Source: Heptranchias perlo (taxonomy: Eukaryota). From it: a stretch of DNA of 64,000 bases. The stretch's first letter is position 1. Every line of letters begins with the position of its first letter. The position numbers and the translations under genes are program-made. The DNA lies in assembly GCF_035084215.1 (NCBI RefSeq), contig NC_090332.1, positions 13,516,001 to 13,580,000 of the forward strand, read 5' to 3'. Under the pieces are notes generated by a model that was not told where the DNA came from, ran no database searches, and was given only the letters and a program-made list of their open reading frames with translations. Of the stretch, positions 37,690 through 49,709 are shown one piece after another.

Positions 37690-39256
37690 TCTCTCCCATC
37701 TTCCCCTCCATATCCTCTCTGACCTTATATCATCCACGAGACCCATCACCTGCACCCTTAACTCCATTCCCACTAAACTGCTGATGACCCAACGTTCCTC
37801 CTGGCCCCCAGGCAGTCTGACATTTTAAGTGGTTCCCTCACCTCAGGTACTTTCCCCCCTCCCATCAAACCACCATTGCCCATCTCCTCAAAAACCCACC
37901 CTTGTACCTTGTGTCCTTGTAAACTACCACCCTGTCTCCAACCTCCCTTTCCTCTCCAAGATCCCTGAACAGTTTTTTGCCTCCCAACTGCGTGCTTGTC
38001 ATTCCTGCAACTTCATGTTTGAATTTCTCCAGTAAGGTTTTCACCCGTCACAGCACTGAAACAGCCCTAACCAAGTTGCAAATGACATTCACTGCGACTG
38101 TGATGCACTATCCCTCCACGGTCTCACTGCTGCCTTTTCACACGGTGAGCCACATCATTCACCTCCAATTGCCTTCCCACTGTCCAGTTCAGAGGGACTG
38201 CTTTTGCTTAGTTCCACTCTTACCTATCCAATCATTGCCAAACAATGGCTTCTCTTCCTGCCCCCGCCCCATTACCTTCAGAGTATCCTTGACCTCTCCT
38301 CATCCTCACTACATGCTGCCTCTTGGCAACGGCATCCATAGACACGGGGTCAACTTCAACATGTACATTGACGACACACAGCTTTACCTCTCCTCCACCC
38401 CTCTCAAACACCACCTCCTCTGAATTATCCGACTGCTTATCAGACACACCGTCTTGGATGAGCCGTGGTTGAAACATTGCAAGACATTGCACAAAGACTG
38501 AAGCCACCACCTTCAGCTCACGCCATAAACTCTACCCTTGCTGACTCCATTCCCCTCCCCGGCCACTACATCAGGCTGAACCAGCTGGTGGCAACTTCGG
38601 GGTCCAACTCTATCCGTAGCCTCTCCATCACTTCACCTATCTAAGATCGCCCACCTCCACCCCTACCTCAGCCCATCTGCCACTGAAGCCCCCAATCACC
38701 TCCAGACTCAACTATTCTATTGTTCTCCTGGCTGGCCTCCCATCCTCTTCTATCGCTTACCCAAAACTCTGCTGCCCATATCCTATCTCACATCAAATCC
38801 TGCTCACCCCATCATCAATGTCCTTGCTGACCTACATTGGCTAATGGTCCCTTAGCACTTAATATTCAAAATTCTCATTCTCGTGTTTAAATCCTTCATG
38901 GCCTCACCTCGCCCTATCTCTACACTTCGAGCCCTACAAGCACCCTCCCCCTGAACTGTCCATACCTCTGGCTCTGGCCTCTTGTGCATCCCGCTAACCC
39001 CCCCCCAACTCTTTAGCCCACCATTAACTGCCATGTCGTCAGCAGGCTAGGCCCCAGGTTCTGGGATTCCCTCCCTAAAATTCTCAGTTTCTCCACCTCC
39101 CTCTCCTCCTTTAAGGCCCTCCTTAAAATGCACCTCTTTTTTCAAAGCTTTTGGTCACTCTGCCTAATATCTCCTTTCGCTCAGCGTCCATTGTTTTGAT
39201 TACACCTCTGAACAATTTTCTATGTTAAAAGGTGCTATAAATGCAAGTTGTTGCTG
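37690..39256 (+). mobile_element. L2 LINE 3' fragment (decayed RT)
   Basis: NYHPVSNLPFLSKIPE, HSTETALTK, YIDDTQLYLS; 3' end aaaggtgctataaatgcaagttgttg. Confidence 0.85.
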
Positions 39257-39350
39257 CAAAAAACAATCTATTAGTTCTCGTCCTGTGCTGGACCAATAGG
39301 ACTGCAACCATTTTAAACACTTAAACTATAGAACAAAACAGACGTCATAC

Positions 39351-39482
39351 CTTTGACGTAGCTTGCTTTAGTTTTGCCTGTTCTACCAAAAGTTTATATG
39401 AGGATCCTTTGCTGCTCTGGATCTTCTCTTTCTCTATTTGCTCAACTAATGCCTTTTGTTTTGCTTTTAACAAATTGAGTTG
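39351..39482 (-). CDS. BIRC6: BIRC6 coding exon 19
   Basis: cag|CAA...AAG|gtatga; QLNLLKAKQKALVEQIEKEKIQSSKGSSYKLLVEQAKLKQATSK; 132 nt. Confidence 0.94.
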
Positions 39483-39599
39483 CTGCAAAAAAGGTTAAGT
39501 CAAAAGTCAGTTTGATATGTGTACACACCCCAAAAAACACACTAAAACTACAGAGCAAGTCCTTAAACACCTTGATCATTTTTTTTAAACCTTACGTAT

Positions 39600-39960
39600 T
39601 CTTGTCTTTCTCCCCTCCCCTCTGACATTGCTCCCTGAAGTTTAATTTATCCCAGTAGCACGCCTACTAAAACCCGGCCGAGAGTACTTACAGGTAATCT
39701 GCTCAAAGATTTCTGCAAATGCATCTCTTGATGCAGCCATAAACATGCCTGGAATAACTATCCTTCTCACTGTCCCTCCCTGTGAAGGAGTGTCTGATCA
39801 CCAGTCCAGTGAAAATCAGGAACTCACAAGGGCAGTGACAGGTGGAAAACCATATCCCAACACTTGCACAACACACTGGAGGCACCTGATTGAACTCAAG
39901 TCTGGATTACACTGTATCTCACAGCCCAACTTGAAAGAGCAAAACTTGCTAAGATGAGTA
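39600..39960 (-). mobile_element. Degenerate SINE (probably family 'B'), antisense
   Basis: ctggaggcacctgattgaactc..tctggattacactgtatctcacagccc resembles the reverse-complemented SINE head. Confidence 0.35.
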
Positions 39961-40197
39961 TCTTCCTAAACCACACTACCTGGCAGAAAAATATTCTTCT
40001 TGCTCCCAAATATAGCAATTGGAGAGTTGTCCCATTAGTGCTGTACAGATGCTACAATTATGGTCTCAGCAATTCTCATTTTGTGAACAAAAAATACTCA
40101 TTACCATAGCCATAAGATTTGCCAAAGTACTGGATTACTGAGCTGTTTATAAAATCTAAACAAAGTTCACACATATTGTCAACTGATGAAACAATAC

Positions 40198-40325
40198 CTG
40201 TTTATGGTGTATGAGTTGCTTTCGAATTTTTCTCGAATATAATCGATCAAGACTGCTGCTGCCTTTGGTGGATCTGCCTGAACACTGTGACTGAAGATTG
40301 TTATTGATGAAGCTCCATTGGTTTC
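40198..40325 (-). CDS. BIRC6: BIRC6 coding exon 18
   Basis: tag|GA AAC...CAG|gtattg; NQWSFINNNLQSQCSGRSTKGSSSLDRLYSRKIRKQLIHHKQ; 128 nt. Confidence 0.94.
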
Positions 40326-40771
40326 CTAGAGCAGAGGGGAAACTCTGGTCCTTTATTACACGCCCAAGACAAGCAATGTTTACCTCAGAATTCAAAACAT
40401 TCAAAATTGGGCCAACAGATTTCTCAACATCAGTCAATACGGTCAGTTGACACAGTGCATTTGTACACTATTACTGCACTGCACCACAGAGGGGCACAGC
40501 ACTGCTTTGTCTTGTCATTAACTACGCCAAGCCTTTTATTGGAGCTGTGCAGGGGCAAACCAATCTGTACCGTGTAAATAACTGGCGAAACACCACTAGC
40601 AATTGCCTGCAAGCAGGTCATTTACTATCAATTTGACTGAGGGGAGAATCCTCGGAGGTAGGAGGAAATGTATAAATTTACTTTACAATGGTTTAGTGTT
40701 GTAGGTACCAACCCAGTCATAAATAATCAAATTGGAAATTAAACATATTACAACTTTGTAATGAAGTATAC

Positions 40772-40909
40772 CTGTCACTATCCGTTCTCTGTCTTTACCA
40801 TTTAATGGCTTTTTGGCTGCAGCCACTTCATCTTCAACACTTGCAACATAGTCCAGCAACCGAGACACAAGCATGACAACCCAACTGACCATTGGGATGT
40901 CCAATACAC
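40772..40909 (-). CDS. BIRC6: BIRC6 coding exon 17 (alternative donor at 40799)
   Basis: cag|GT GTA...; VLDIPMVSWVVMLVSRLLDYVASVEDEVAAAKKPLN[GKDRERIVT]; donors G|gtaaag (40799) and G|gtatac (40772), both phase 1. Confidence 0.9.
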
Positions 40910-41129
40910 CTGAGGGGATTAAAAAAAATAAAAATAAATTAAGTACTGTAGTAATGCTGTTGTCTTGTCCCTGAAAAAGCCAAAAAGCAAGATATTTGCC
41001 AAATGTTCTGGCTCGAAGAGCACGCTCGTAACTTTTAGTACAAGGTCAGCATAGCATTAGATTTTTAACTCTAAGAAATGGTTTTCTAAAATATTCTACT
41101 CTAATTGCAAACCAGAGCAGGGACTTATA

Positions 41130-41285
41130 ATGGTCGCTGGGTCAAAATCCTGGAATTGCCTCCTAGCACCAAAACAGGAGCACTAAACGCAATGACTGCA
41201 GTATTTCAAGAAGGCGGCCCACCAGCACCATGGGATGGGCAATAAATGTGACCATGCCAGCATTACCCACATCTCCAACAATTTT
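41130..41285 (+). mobile_element. 3' end of the LINE family at 54954-56163
   Basis: gtcgctgggtcaaaatcctggaa..aaggcggcccacca..gggatgggcaataaat matches 55984-56115. Confidence 0.7.
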
Positions 41286-41397
41286 TAAAGAAACTTCACT
41301 CCAGATTACTACTACACTCAGGTGATGTTAACATAAACTCCATTCAAAAGTGAATCATCATTTCACTGCTCATATTCAAATACAAATACTTGCTTAC

Positions 41398-41531
41398 CCT
41401 CTGTACGTCTGTATGTTGTCATCTGTGGCTGGAGAGATGACAACAAGTTATCCAAAAGGTTAAGTAGGCCTTCTAAGACCCCACTGTTACTAAGCGATCG
41501 CTGACCAAAGCAGGAAAGTAACATGAAAACC
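41398..41531 (-). CDS. BIRC6: BIRC6 coding exon 16
   Basis: cag|G GTT...G|gtaagc; VFMLLSCFGQRSLSNSGVLEGLLNLLDNLLSSLQPQMTTYRRTE; 134 nt. Confidence 0.93.
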
Positions 41532-41707
41532 CTGAAACAAAGAAGTGGAAGTAAAAAGGTAGCAATTATGAGCTCTTAAAAATAGCAAATATAAAAGTCA
41601 CCTAAATGATTTCTTGTTTTGGCCAGTAGTTCAGATTATAGTAAGGGCTTTAGGTATTTGTTTCGAAGAAACACCAGTTCTTTTGAATAGCTAGGATATT
41701 TAATACA

Positions 41708-43220
41708 TTTGAATCATCGACAGCTACAGGTGAGGTGCCTGAAGATTGGAGGGTAGCAAATGTTGTGCCTTTGTTTAAGAAGGGTGGCAGGGAAAAGCCC
41801 GGGAACTACAGACTGGTGAGCCTGACATCTGTAGTGGGTAAGTTGTTAGAGGGTATTCTGAGAGACAGGATCTACGGGCATTTGGAGAGGCAGGGACTGA
41901 TTAGGAACAGTCAGCATAGTTTTCTGAGAGGAAAATCATGTCTCACAAATTTGATTGAGTTTTTTGAAGGGGTAACCAAGAAGATAGATGAGGGCTGTGC
42001 AGTAGACGTGGTCTACATGGACTTTAGCAAAGCCTTTGACAAGGTACCGCATGGTAGGTTGTTACATAAGGTTAGATCTCACAGGATCCAAGGTGAGGTA
42101 GCCAATTGGATACAAAATTGGATTGACGGCAGAAGACAGAGGGTGGTTGTAGAGGGTTGTTTTTCAAACTGGAGGCCTGTGACCAGCGGTGTGCCTCAGG
42201 GATCGGTGCTGGGTCCGCTGTTATTTGTTATTTATATTAATGATTTGGATGAGAATTCAGGAGGCATGGTTAGTAAGTTTGCAGATGACACCAAGATTGG
42301 TGGCATTGTGGACAGTGAAGAAGGTTATCTAGGATTGCAATGGGATCTTGATAAATTGGGCCAGTGGGCCGATGAATGGCAGATGGAGTTTAATTTAGAT
42401 AAATGTGAGGTGATGCATTTTGGTAGATCGAATCGGGCCAGGACCTACTCCGTTAATGGTAGGGCGTTGGGGAGAGTTATAGAACAAAGAGATCTAGGAG
42501 TACAGGTTCATAGCTCCTTGAAAGTGGAGTCACAGGTGGATAGGGTGGTGAAGAAGGCATTCGGCATGCTTGGTTTCATTGGTCAGAACATTGAATACAG
42601 GAGTTGGGATGTCTTGTTGAAGTTGTACAAGACATTAGTAAGGCCACACTTGGAATACTGTGTACAGTTCTGGTCGGAATACTGTGTACAGTTCTGGTCA
42701 CCCTATTATAGAAAGGATATTATTAAACTAGAAAGAGTGCAGAAAAGATTTACTAGGATGCTACCGGGACTTGATGGTTTGACTTATAGGGAGAGGCTGG
42801 ATAGACTGAGACTTTTTTCCCTGGAGAGTAGGAGGTTTAGGGGTGATCTTATAGAAGTCTATCAAATAATGAGGGGCATAGATAAGGTAGATAGTCAAAA
42901 TCTTTTCCCAAAGGTAGGGGAGTCTATAACGAGGGGGCATAGATTTAAGGTGAGAGGGGAGAGATACAAAAGGGTCCAGAGGGGCAATTTTTTCACTCAA
43001 AGGGTGGTGAGTGTCTGGAACGAGCTGCCAGAGGCAGTAGCAGAGGCGGGTACAATTTTGTCTTTTAAAAAGCATTTGGACAGTTACATGGGTAAGATGG
43101 GTATAGAGGGATATGGGCCAAGTGCAGGCAACTGGGACTAGCTTAGTGGTATAAACTGGCAGACATGGACATGTTGGGCCAAAGGGCCTGTTTCCATGTT
43201 GTAAACTTCTATGATTCTAT
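41708..43220 (+). mobile_element. Young 5'-truncated CR1 LINE with open RT frame (41735-43141, 468 aa)
   Basis: Uninterrupted RT motifs: PEDWRVANVVPLFKKG, DFSKAFDKVPH, GVPQGSVLGPLLF, KFADDTK; 3' tail ttctatgattctat; no endonuclease domain or ORF1. Confidence 0.95.
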
Positions 43221-43410
43221 CTCCAGGTCACACTGCTTCTCAAATTTCAAATATTGGGGCTGAAGAAAAAAAAGTTGTGTTTTACCAATAAACAATGCTT
43301 AAAAAAAGATTGAATTTATATAAGATTTTATGTAATTAAATACTGATTATTTCATTCATGTTTATATGTGATGTAAACCACTCGTGATGGTGTTCGTACA
43401 GTACACCTAC

Positions 43411-43630
43411 CTGTCTTGTGGGAAGATGAGATGTTGCTCAGAGTTATAAAGTTCTTGTAAAACATTAGACAGGAACTGCCCCCACCACCTCTCACCACCA
43501 CAAAGCTGCACAAGCAGCAATCCAGCGTGCAATCGTATTTTTGGGGTACCACTGATGCACAGATGTTTGAACAGTTCCTCACAAGCCTGTGCATGAAACG
43601 TGCTTTGAAGAACTGCTGGTACAGCATGAC
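43411..43630 (-). CDS. BIRC6: BIRC6 coding exon 15
   Basis: tag|GT CAT...AG|gtaggt; HAVPAVLQSTFHAQACEELFKHLCISGTPKIRLHAGLLLVQLCGGERWWGQFLSNVLQELYNSEQHLIFPQD; 220 nt. Confidence 0.95.
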
Positions 43631-44348
43631 CTACAAGAATTTAAAACACATATAAATGTACCATTAGTGAAAAGACGATGTGCATCAGCACCGCCAGTTG
43701 GATAAAATTACAGCGCATCAAAGTCTTATTTGTGTCATTAGGGGGCACTGTATGCACCAAGATAACACAGATTTTTATTTTAACACAGGCGTAAGGCAGG
43801 GAGTAGCAGGTTACTCAAAATAACTCCCAACAGCTACTTATTTGTAATTTAACATTCCTGCCTTGTCTTTTTTAATGCAGACGTACCACTATGAATGTAA
43901 TTTGATGCCATGGGAGCTGTTCAAAATAAATTTTGACATTCGACAGAAAAACTCTAACAGAAATAATAAGTCAATCCCACACACTTTGGAAGAAGGTGAA
44001 TTGAGAGAAATCAAAATCATTCCTATCCCAATTTTTTGTTTAAAAAAAACAAAAATTTTTTGCCTGTGGCTCAGTGAAAGTAATAACCAAAATATTTTCT
44101 TTTAGGTAGGATATATATACACCTCAAACTACTGATTTATACCTCTGCCAAGTTCCCCGATTGCTCATCACTCATTTCACTTCTCTCTCACACTAACAAA
44201 TTATTGTAAAATATCAGTTTTTGGATGATGGAGAGTATAATAAATGGGAAGAGGTTAAATATTACTTATATACTCACATAATATCTGTAGAAAACCTGTC
44301 CCAAACATAATCTTAGGAAAGGAGTTATAGGTTTATCAGGAATCAATG

Positions 44349-45185
44349 CGATTTACGCTCATCTGCTTTCACTCTGCTATTCAGTTGTGGAATATTGCGC
44401 TCCCATTTGGGCTGACTCACCGCACACAAAGCTACTCAACTTCATGTGACTGCGTCGTGTGTCAGGCGCATTGCACCCTACTTCCCTCCCATGATTACCA
44501 GTCATCTGCAACATAGCTCCTTCACACCTTCAGCGTACAGATACAGAAACAAAATTGGTGAATAAACTTAGTGACAAAATCATGTTTCCAATTCACTCTG
44601 ATTTGTTCTATCCACTAACAGCGCAGCTCTCTTAGAGACACCCAATATGGTTGACCTTTCCTGATTCTTTGACTTTTTCTTGCCAACTCACTGGCGTGAA
44701 GAGAGGACAGCAAATGCTCCTATAAATCACCAGATCATCTCCAACCCTACCGTCAACCAGGATTCAACTGGCCATGTCACAGTTGGGCATTTCTCAACTG
44801 CTTTCAAACTGGGCAGGGCAGTGCAGTGCACCTCAACTCAAATCTTGACCAATGGGACCTTTCATAAGATAGATTTTTGGACACAAAGGGAATCAAGGTA
44901 TAAGGGGATAGGGCGGGAAAGTGGAGTTGAGGTAGAAGATCAGCTATGATCTTATTGAATAGCGGAGCAGACTCGAGGGACCGTATGGCCTACTCCTGCT
45001 CTTATTTCTTAGGATATTTGTTGTTGTCAAAAACACAACGGACAAATATAAACCGTGTTCCAAGGCAATGAATTATGCCCATTAACTAAACTATCTGGTG
45101 GCATACACGTTTTGCTTGCTGGTGATGACAATGCTCTAAGATGGTTGAAATTATATGCTAGGTCTGCAAGCACTAAATAAATATG
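44349..45185 (+). mobile_element. Vingi/Ingi-like non-LTR retrotransposon 3' remnant, interrupted by a CR1 tail
   Basis: Frameshifted peptides YSVVEYCAPIWADSPHTKL, SGALHPTSLP*LPVICNIAP, GFNWPCHSWAFLNCFQTGQG, ELCPLTKLSGG..ALRWL match the recalled Vingi C-terminal pattern. Confidence 0.6.
44868..45011 (+). mobile_element. CR1 LINE 3' tail
   Basis: gatagatttttggac..aagggaatcaagg..gatcagctatgatcttattgaat..tatggcctactcctgctc; same subfamily as 21543-22173. Confidence 0.85.
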
Positions 45186-45770
45186 ATTTTAATGGCATGA
45201 AACTCAGAGCTCACCCACAACACAAATATAAATTGTACCTCTCCACCCTTCTGAATCACTCGCAATTTAATAGGCTAATCATACAAACAATTCACACATC
45301 TACATCGACCTGTAAATCACCTCCTTCTATGGCTATCAAGATTTTGACAAGATCATACAACATCTTCATTTAGCAGCTTATAATTACCTCACAACAAAAC
45401 TGAAATAAGACATAGGAGAAAGGGGAATAGCACAAAGGATTTTCTTAATGGAAAGGCTATAAGTAATGATGGTATTTTAAATAAATAGTTGCTTTGCTAG
45501 AACATCTGAATAAGTAAATAGCTTACACTTGGGCCTGTCTGAATTACAATGTGATCAATGTCATTAAGTCTGATGGTCATGATGTCTTCCCCCCACCCTC
45601 CCAATTTCCTTGGTCTTCCCAGTCTCTGCAAAGAACTGAAGAGCGCTGAACCCACTTATATACTGCTGGGGGAACCATGGTTGCAGTCTCCTGGATGGTC
45701 ATTTAGTTTAATGTGATGAATGAATATTGTACATGAACGCTTTCAAAAGGATTAAAAAAAAGACACCAAC

Positions 45771-46117
45771 CACTGGATGAATGCAAAAGGCTCAGCAGTG
45801 TATCCAGAAGGTATCGGATGATGGTGCGCAGTTGCTCCGTAGAAGAATTCTGTATCAATTCTTTTGAATCATATGTTTCTGGCAGAGTCTTCCTGCTGGA
45901 TCCAAGAGCCACTCTGAGGCGCTGCACAGCGTGATGCGCCAGGTTTAGCTGAAGCTGCAACTGAATGCAGTCCTGATACGCCGAAAAGACTTTACTATCC
46001 TCCTCAACTGCTTTGTCAGGCTTCCGTAGGAAGTACTGAGCATTGTTAGCACTGTTCAGTGGAGGAAGGTCAATATTCTGCAACAAAGTTTCCAGCCTAT
46101 GGCAAGCGAGGTTATAC
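45771..46117 (-). CDS. BIRC6: BIRC6 coding exon 14
   Basis: cag|G TAT...G|gttggt; YNLACHRLETLLQNIDLPPLNSANNAQYFLRKPDKAVEED...SLLHSSS; 347 nt. Confidence 0.95.
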
Positions 46118-46394
46118 CTGTCAAAGCAAATTTTTTACAATTAATAAATAGACTATACTTACCACCAAACAAAACCCTTATGAACATGCAAGTTTTATAG
46201 TCTCGTAGTGGTTCAGTTTAATTTTTGGTCTCCTTCCCATTTCCCCTCATTAATACCATCTTCCCTTCTAGACCACAAAAACAAGTTACTATCAATGCTA
46301 TGCTTACATGGATTAACCAAGAAAAAGTGCATTAAAGTTATTACAAAAAAACATTTTAATGGGTTGACTTTTTTTTTTTAGGAAAGGAACACTA

Positions 46395-46690
46395 ATGCTA
46401 ACTTTTCCCCCTTGTCCTTCCTCCCCTGGGGTAGGGTTCCACAAACCCTGAAAAACCTCTGGTGCTTTGTCTAAGTGGCTATCCTTCAGGTGTGAGCCTA
46501 CGACTAAACAAAGCGGGCTAGCATCAATCCTATCCTCAGTCAACCCCATTCATTTTCCAGCAGTAATTCCTGGATAGTGATCAAGGGAGGCTAATTTCTT
46601 TTTACATTCCAATTGTTGAGGCAATCATAGCCTTCCAGCTGCCATCAGCACCCACACTGGACTTAATGTTCTATATGTTTTAATACTACA
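46395..46690 (-). mobile_element. tRNA-derived SINE (family 'B'), antisense, partial
   Basis: aagtggctatccttcaggtgtgagccta..caatcctatcctc..ttccagcagtaattcctggatagtgatc. Confidence 0.5.
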
Positions 46691-46994
46691 CCAAAAGGTG
46701 CCATCACAGAGCTCACACCAATACCAACTTGGTATCTTGCACATTAGCCCTCCAAGCTCAGCAACAGTACCAAGACCATTTTAGTTTATTGAGAATTCCA
46801 CAGGAAAAATTTGCAAGTCTATGGGGAAAGAGCAGGGGAGTGGAACTAATTGGAGCCCATCAACTGTACTGTAAGATTCTATGATTTCTGCATTTTGATT
46901 TCGTACAAGTTTGCAGACCATTTTACGAAATGTTAAGCAGCAGAAAATGTATTTTGAAAGCAAAAAGCGGCATTACTCAAAAAATGTAAATGTG

Positions 46995-47310
46995 TAGGTT
47001 TGCCGGTTTCAGCCAGGATCAACAGTATCCTAATCAGTACCCCTAAGATAGGGAAGGGGGATAAAATGGTCATGGTTCCTGCTCTTGATCACTATACAGT
47101 GCCCATTGCTGGACAAACCAACATATGAAAGCATTGTGCAACAAAGCAGACATGGTTGTGCTAGTCCCCTTCCCTATGATTAAACAGTCAAATGTCATTC
47201 ATTGTCTAGGCCCAGTTATGAAGAATGGCCCCTCAATGAGGTACTGGAGGACTGCCAGCTTCAGGGGAGGTACGTCCCAGCATAAATCATAGTCTTCAAG
47301 AGATGGGTAA
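46995..47310 (+). mobile_element. tRNA-derived SINE (family 'B'), partial
   Basis: gatcactatacagtgcccattgctgga..cattgtctaggccc..atgaagaatggcc..gaggtactggagg. Confidence 0.55.
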
Positions 47311-47362
47311 AGGAAATAAAAGACCACTCTATATCTGCACCTATTGAAATGATTAAACCAAC

Positions 47363-47571
47363 CTGCACTGTATGTCTTCTTGAAGAGCTACCATCATTGT
47401 TAACTGCTGTTCCATTTCTGGCTGGCTCGCAGGATCACTTTCACCTTTCAGGGGGTCATGTATTAACTTGATCTCACTTTCCCATGGTAAGATGTAGGTG
47501 TGCCCATAATACAGTCCCAGCGGTATTTTAGCTCTTGCATTTGTGCTACCGTAACGCCCAATCACTGTGAT
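47363..47571 (-). CDS. BIRC6: BIRC6 coding exon 13
   Basis: cag|ATC...AG|gttggt; ITVIGRYGSTNARAKIPLGLYYGHTYILPWESE...MMVALQEDIQC; 209 nt. Confidence 0.95.
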
Positions 47572-47723
47572 CTGCAAAGCAAATGGGAGGATTTGGTAAA
47601 AAAGTGATAGGAGGCTTCATGAGGTTATTTATATATTTTATAAGTTAAAACATACAAAACACAGAACAATTGCCCTACAATTGATTTATCTCAAATCTAA
47701 AGTTTTCATAGTCTTCGGCCCCA

Positions 47724-47752
47724 CCACACACACACACATACACACACACACA
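47724..47752 (+). repeat. (CA)n microsatellite
   Basis: cacacacacacacatacacacacacaca. Confidence 0.85.
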
Positions 47753-47754
47753 CC

Positions 47755-48392
47755 ATACCATTGCCACCGATTCCATCCCCCTCCCCAGCAACCATCTCAG
47801 GTTGAACCAGACCGTTCTCAACTTCAGTGTCCTACTTGTCCCTGAGCGGAGCTTCTGACCCCATATCATCTCCATCACAAAGACCGTCTACGTCTTCCTC
47901 CGTAACATGGTCCGTCTCCACCCGATTCAGCCCATCTGTTGCCGAAACCCATCACCGTCCCCTGTGCTCGATGGCCAACATTGGCTTCTGGTCCCCCAAC
48001 ACCTCAAATTTAAAATTCTCATCTCAGTGTTCAAATCCCTTAATGGTTTTACCTCATGGAGGTTACCTCCATAATTTTCCTCCAGCCTACCAGAGAACTG
48101 TGCGTTCCTCCAACTCTGGCCTCATGCATGCTGAAATCCCTTTGCGCTACCATTGGAAGACGTGCCTTCAGCTATCCAAGCTCTGGAATTCCCTTTCTAA
48201 ACCCCTCTGCCTCTCCACCTCCCTTTCCTTCTTTAAGACCCTCCTTAAAACCAACCTCTGACTAAGCTTTTAGTTACCCCTTCCTAACATCTCCTTTGGC
48301 TCGGTGTCGATTTTTGTCTGATTATACTTGTGAACCGCCTTGGGACATTTTTCTATGTTAAAGGTGCTATGTAAATGCACATTGTTGTTGTT
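47755..48392 (+). mobile_element. L2 LINE 3' fragment
   Basis: ccaccgattccatcccc..aggttgaaccagaccgtt; tail aaaggtgctatgtaaatgcacattgttgttg. Confidence 0.82.
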
Positions 48393-48417
48393 TCAGTTGG
48401 TTTAACAGGCTGTATAC

Positions 48418-48632
48418 CTTCATGAACCTGCAAACGGGTGGCGGCAATAAATCATGAAGAATCAATGAATGTGTACTAATATCAGTGGCCACCACTAAAC
48501 GTCTTCCATCCACTTCTTCTCCCAAAGTCCAAATGTCGATTGATAAAGATGCCAGGTCTGCACAGGTTGGAATCAATATATCGGTCAAGAGTATTGGTCG
48601 CCCAAAGTCCAGCGTCACAAACCTTCTTGCCC
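48418..48632 (-). CDS. BIRC6: BIRC6 coding exon 12
   Basis: tag|GG GCA...AAG|gtatac; ARRFVTLDFGRPILLTDILIPTCADLASLSIDIWTLGEEVDGRRLVVATDISTHSLILHDLLPPPVCRFMK; 215 nt. Confidence 0.95.
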
Positions 48633-48989
48633 CTAAATTGGAAAAACGAAACCCAATTTAAATTGCCTAACACAAGCAAGATTTTTTGGTATAACAAAAT
48701 GTCCATATGAGCACTGTACCAAGGATATGCGTGACAAGAAAATTTAAATATCAGTATGGGAACTATATAAAAATTAATACTTCATTCAACATGTAACAAG
48801 GTTCTGTAGCAGGCAAGATCATCTTGGGAGTGCATAGGAGAATTGAAAATGGGCAGGAAAGTAAACTACAAAGAAAATAAAAACAGCTAAACTTTAAAAC
48901 TGAAGTGTTATTAAAATTATTTCACTTCCTTTCCTCTTGTTCTTTTCATCAAAATGCCCCACGCCTCAAAAAGTCAACATAGCTTAAAA

Positions 48990-49350
48990 GTAACAGACAG
49001 TTCAACTGGCAAAGGCATTGAGTACATTTACTGCACAAAGCAGGAAGGTCCCAGGTTCAATCCCTGGTCTGTACTGATAATTGCTCTCCACCAAGGTGGC
49101 CACTAGGGGCACAACAGTCAACCTCCGTGCCCCTGGCTCGGGAGAGGAGAATCAATCAGAATTCTCACTTCTGACAGCCAACCTTGGATCCCTGCTGTAA
49201 AGTGAGCAAATATGGACATCAGGCGAGGACAGCATTAAGCTCATCTGTGATGCACTTCATGATAAAATAGCCTGCCTACATTATCTGTTTGGGCTCACAT
49301 GAAGGATGGCCATTTGGATGATGTAACAAGATGACCAGCAGGAGTCAATG
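48990..49350 (+). mobile_element. tRNA-derived SINE (family 'B')
   Basis: B-box ggtcccaggttcaatccctggtctgtactga; body caggcgaggacagc..aatagcctgcc..gggctcacatgaaggatggcc. Confidence 0.65.
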
Positions 49351-49463
49351 CTTTCAAAGGAGGATGCAAGAAAACTGGTAAGGAAAATAAATGTTTTTAT
49401 ACAGCTCTGAAATATTAGCGTAAGTTAACCAATTGTTACAAAAGCTACAAAAAGTTTCTCTAC

Positions 49464-49563
49464 CTGAATGCATGCGTTCAATGATAATAGACTGATGCGG
49501 TGGAGGCTGAAGTAAGTGAGAAGCATGAGAAATTGCTAGCGCTAAACCAGTACCCAGAGGACT
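49464..49563 (-). CDS. BIRC6: BIRC6 coding exon 11
   Basis: cag|AGT...G|gtagag; SPLGTGLALAISHASHLLQPPPHQSIIIERMHS; 100 nt. Confidence 0.94.
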
Positions 49564-49709
49564 CTGCAAAAACAAAAAAAATTGAGAGTTAATATCCAAA
49601 AATCAATAATTACATGAAGGCATAAACACCTGCGCTTCAAACAGACCAGTTGAAATCAACAGTGAATCATACCTGTCCATCGAGTAGTTGTTTTCCACAC
49701 ACTATGCAT

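Noticed and set aside
41735-43141. 468-aa ORF as a host gene or retron-like RT system
   Set aside because: It is the RT half of CR1 ORF2 with a CR1 3' tail, 5'-truncated (GTG start, no endonuclease), and has no associated ncRNA or partner gene.
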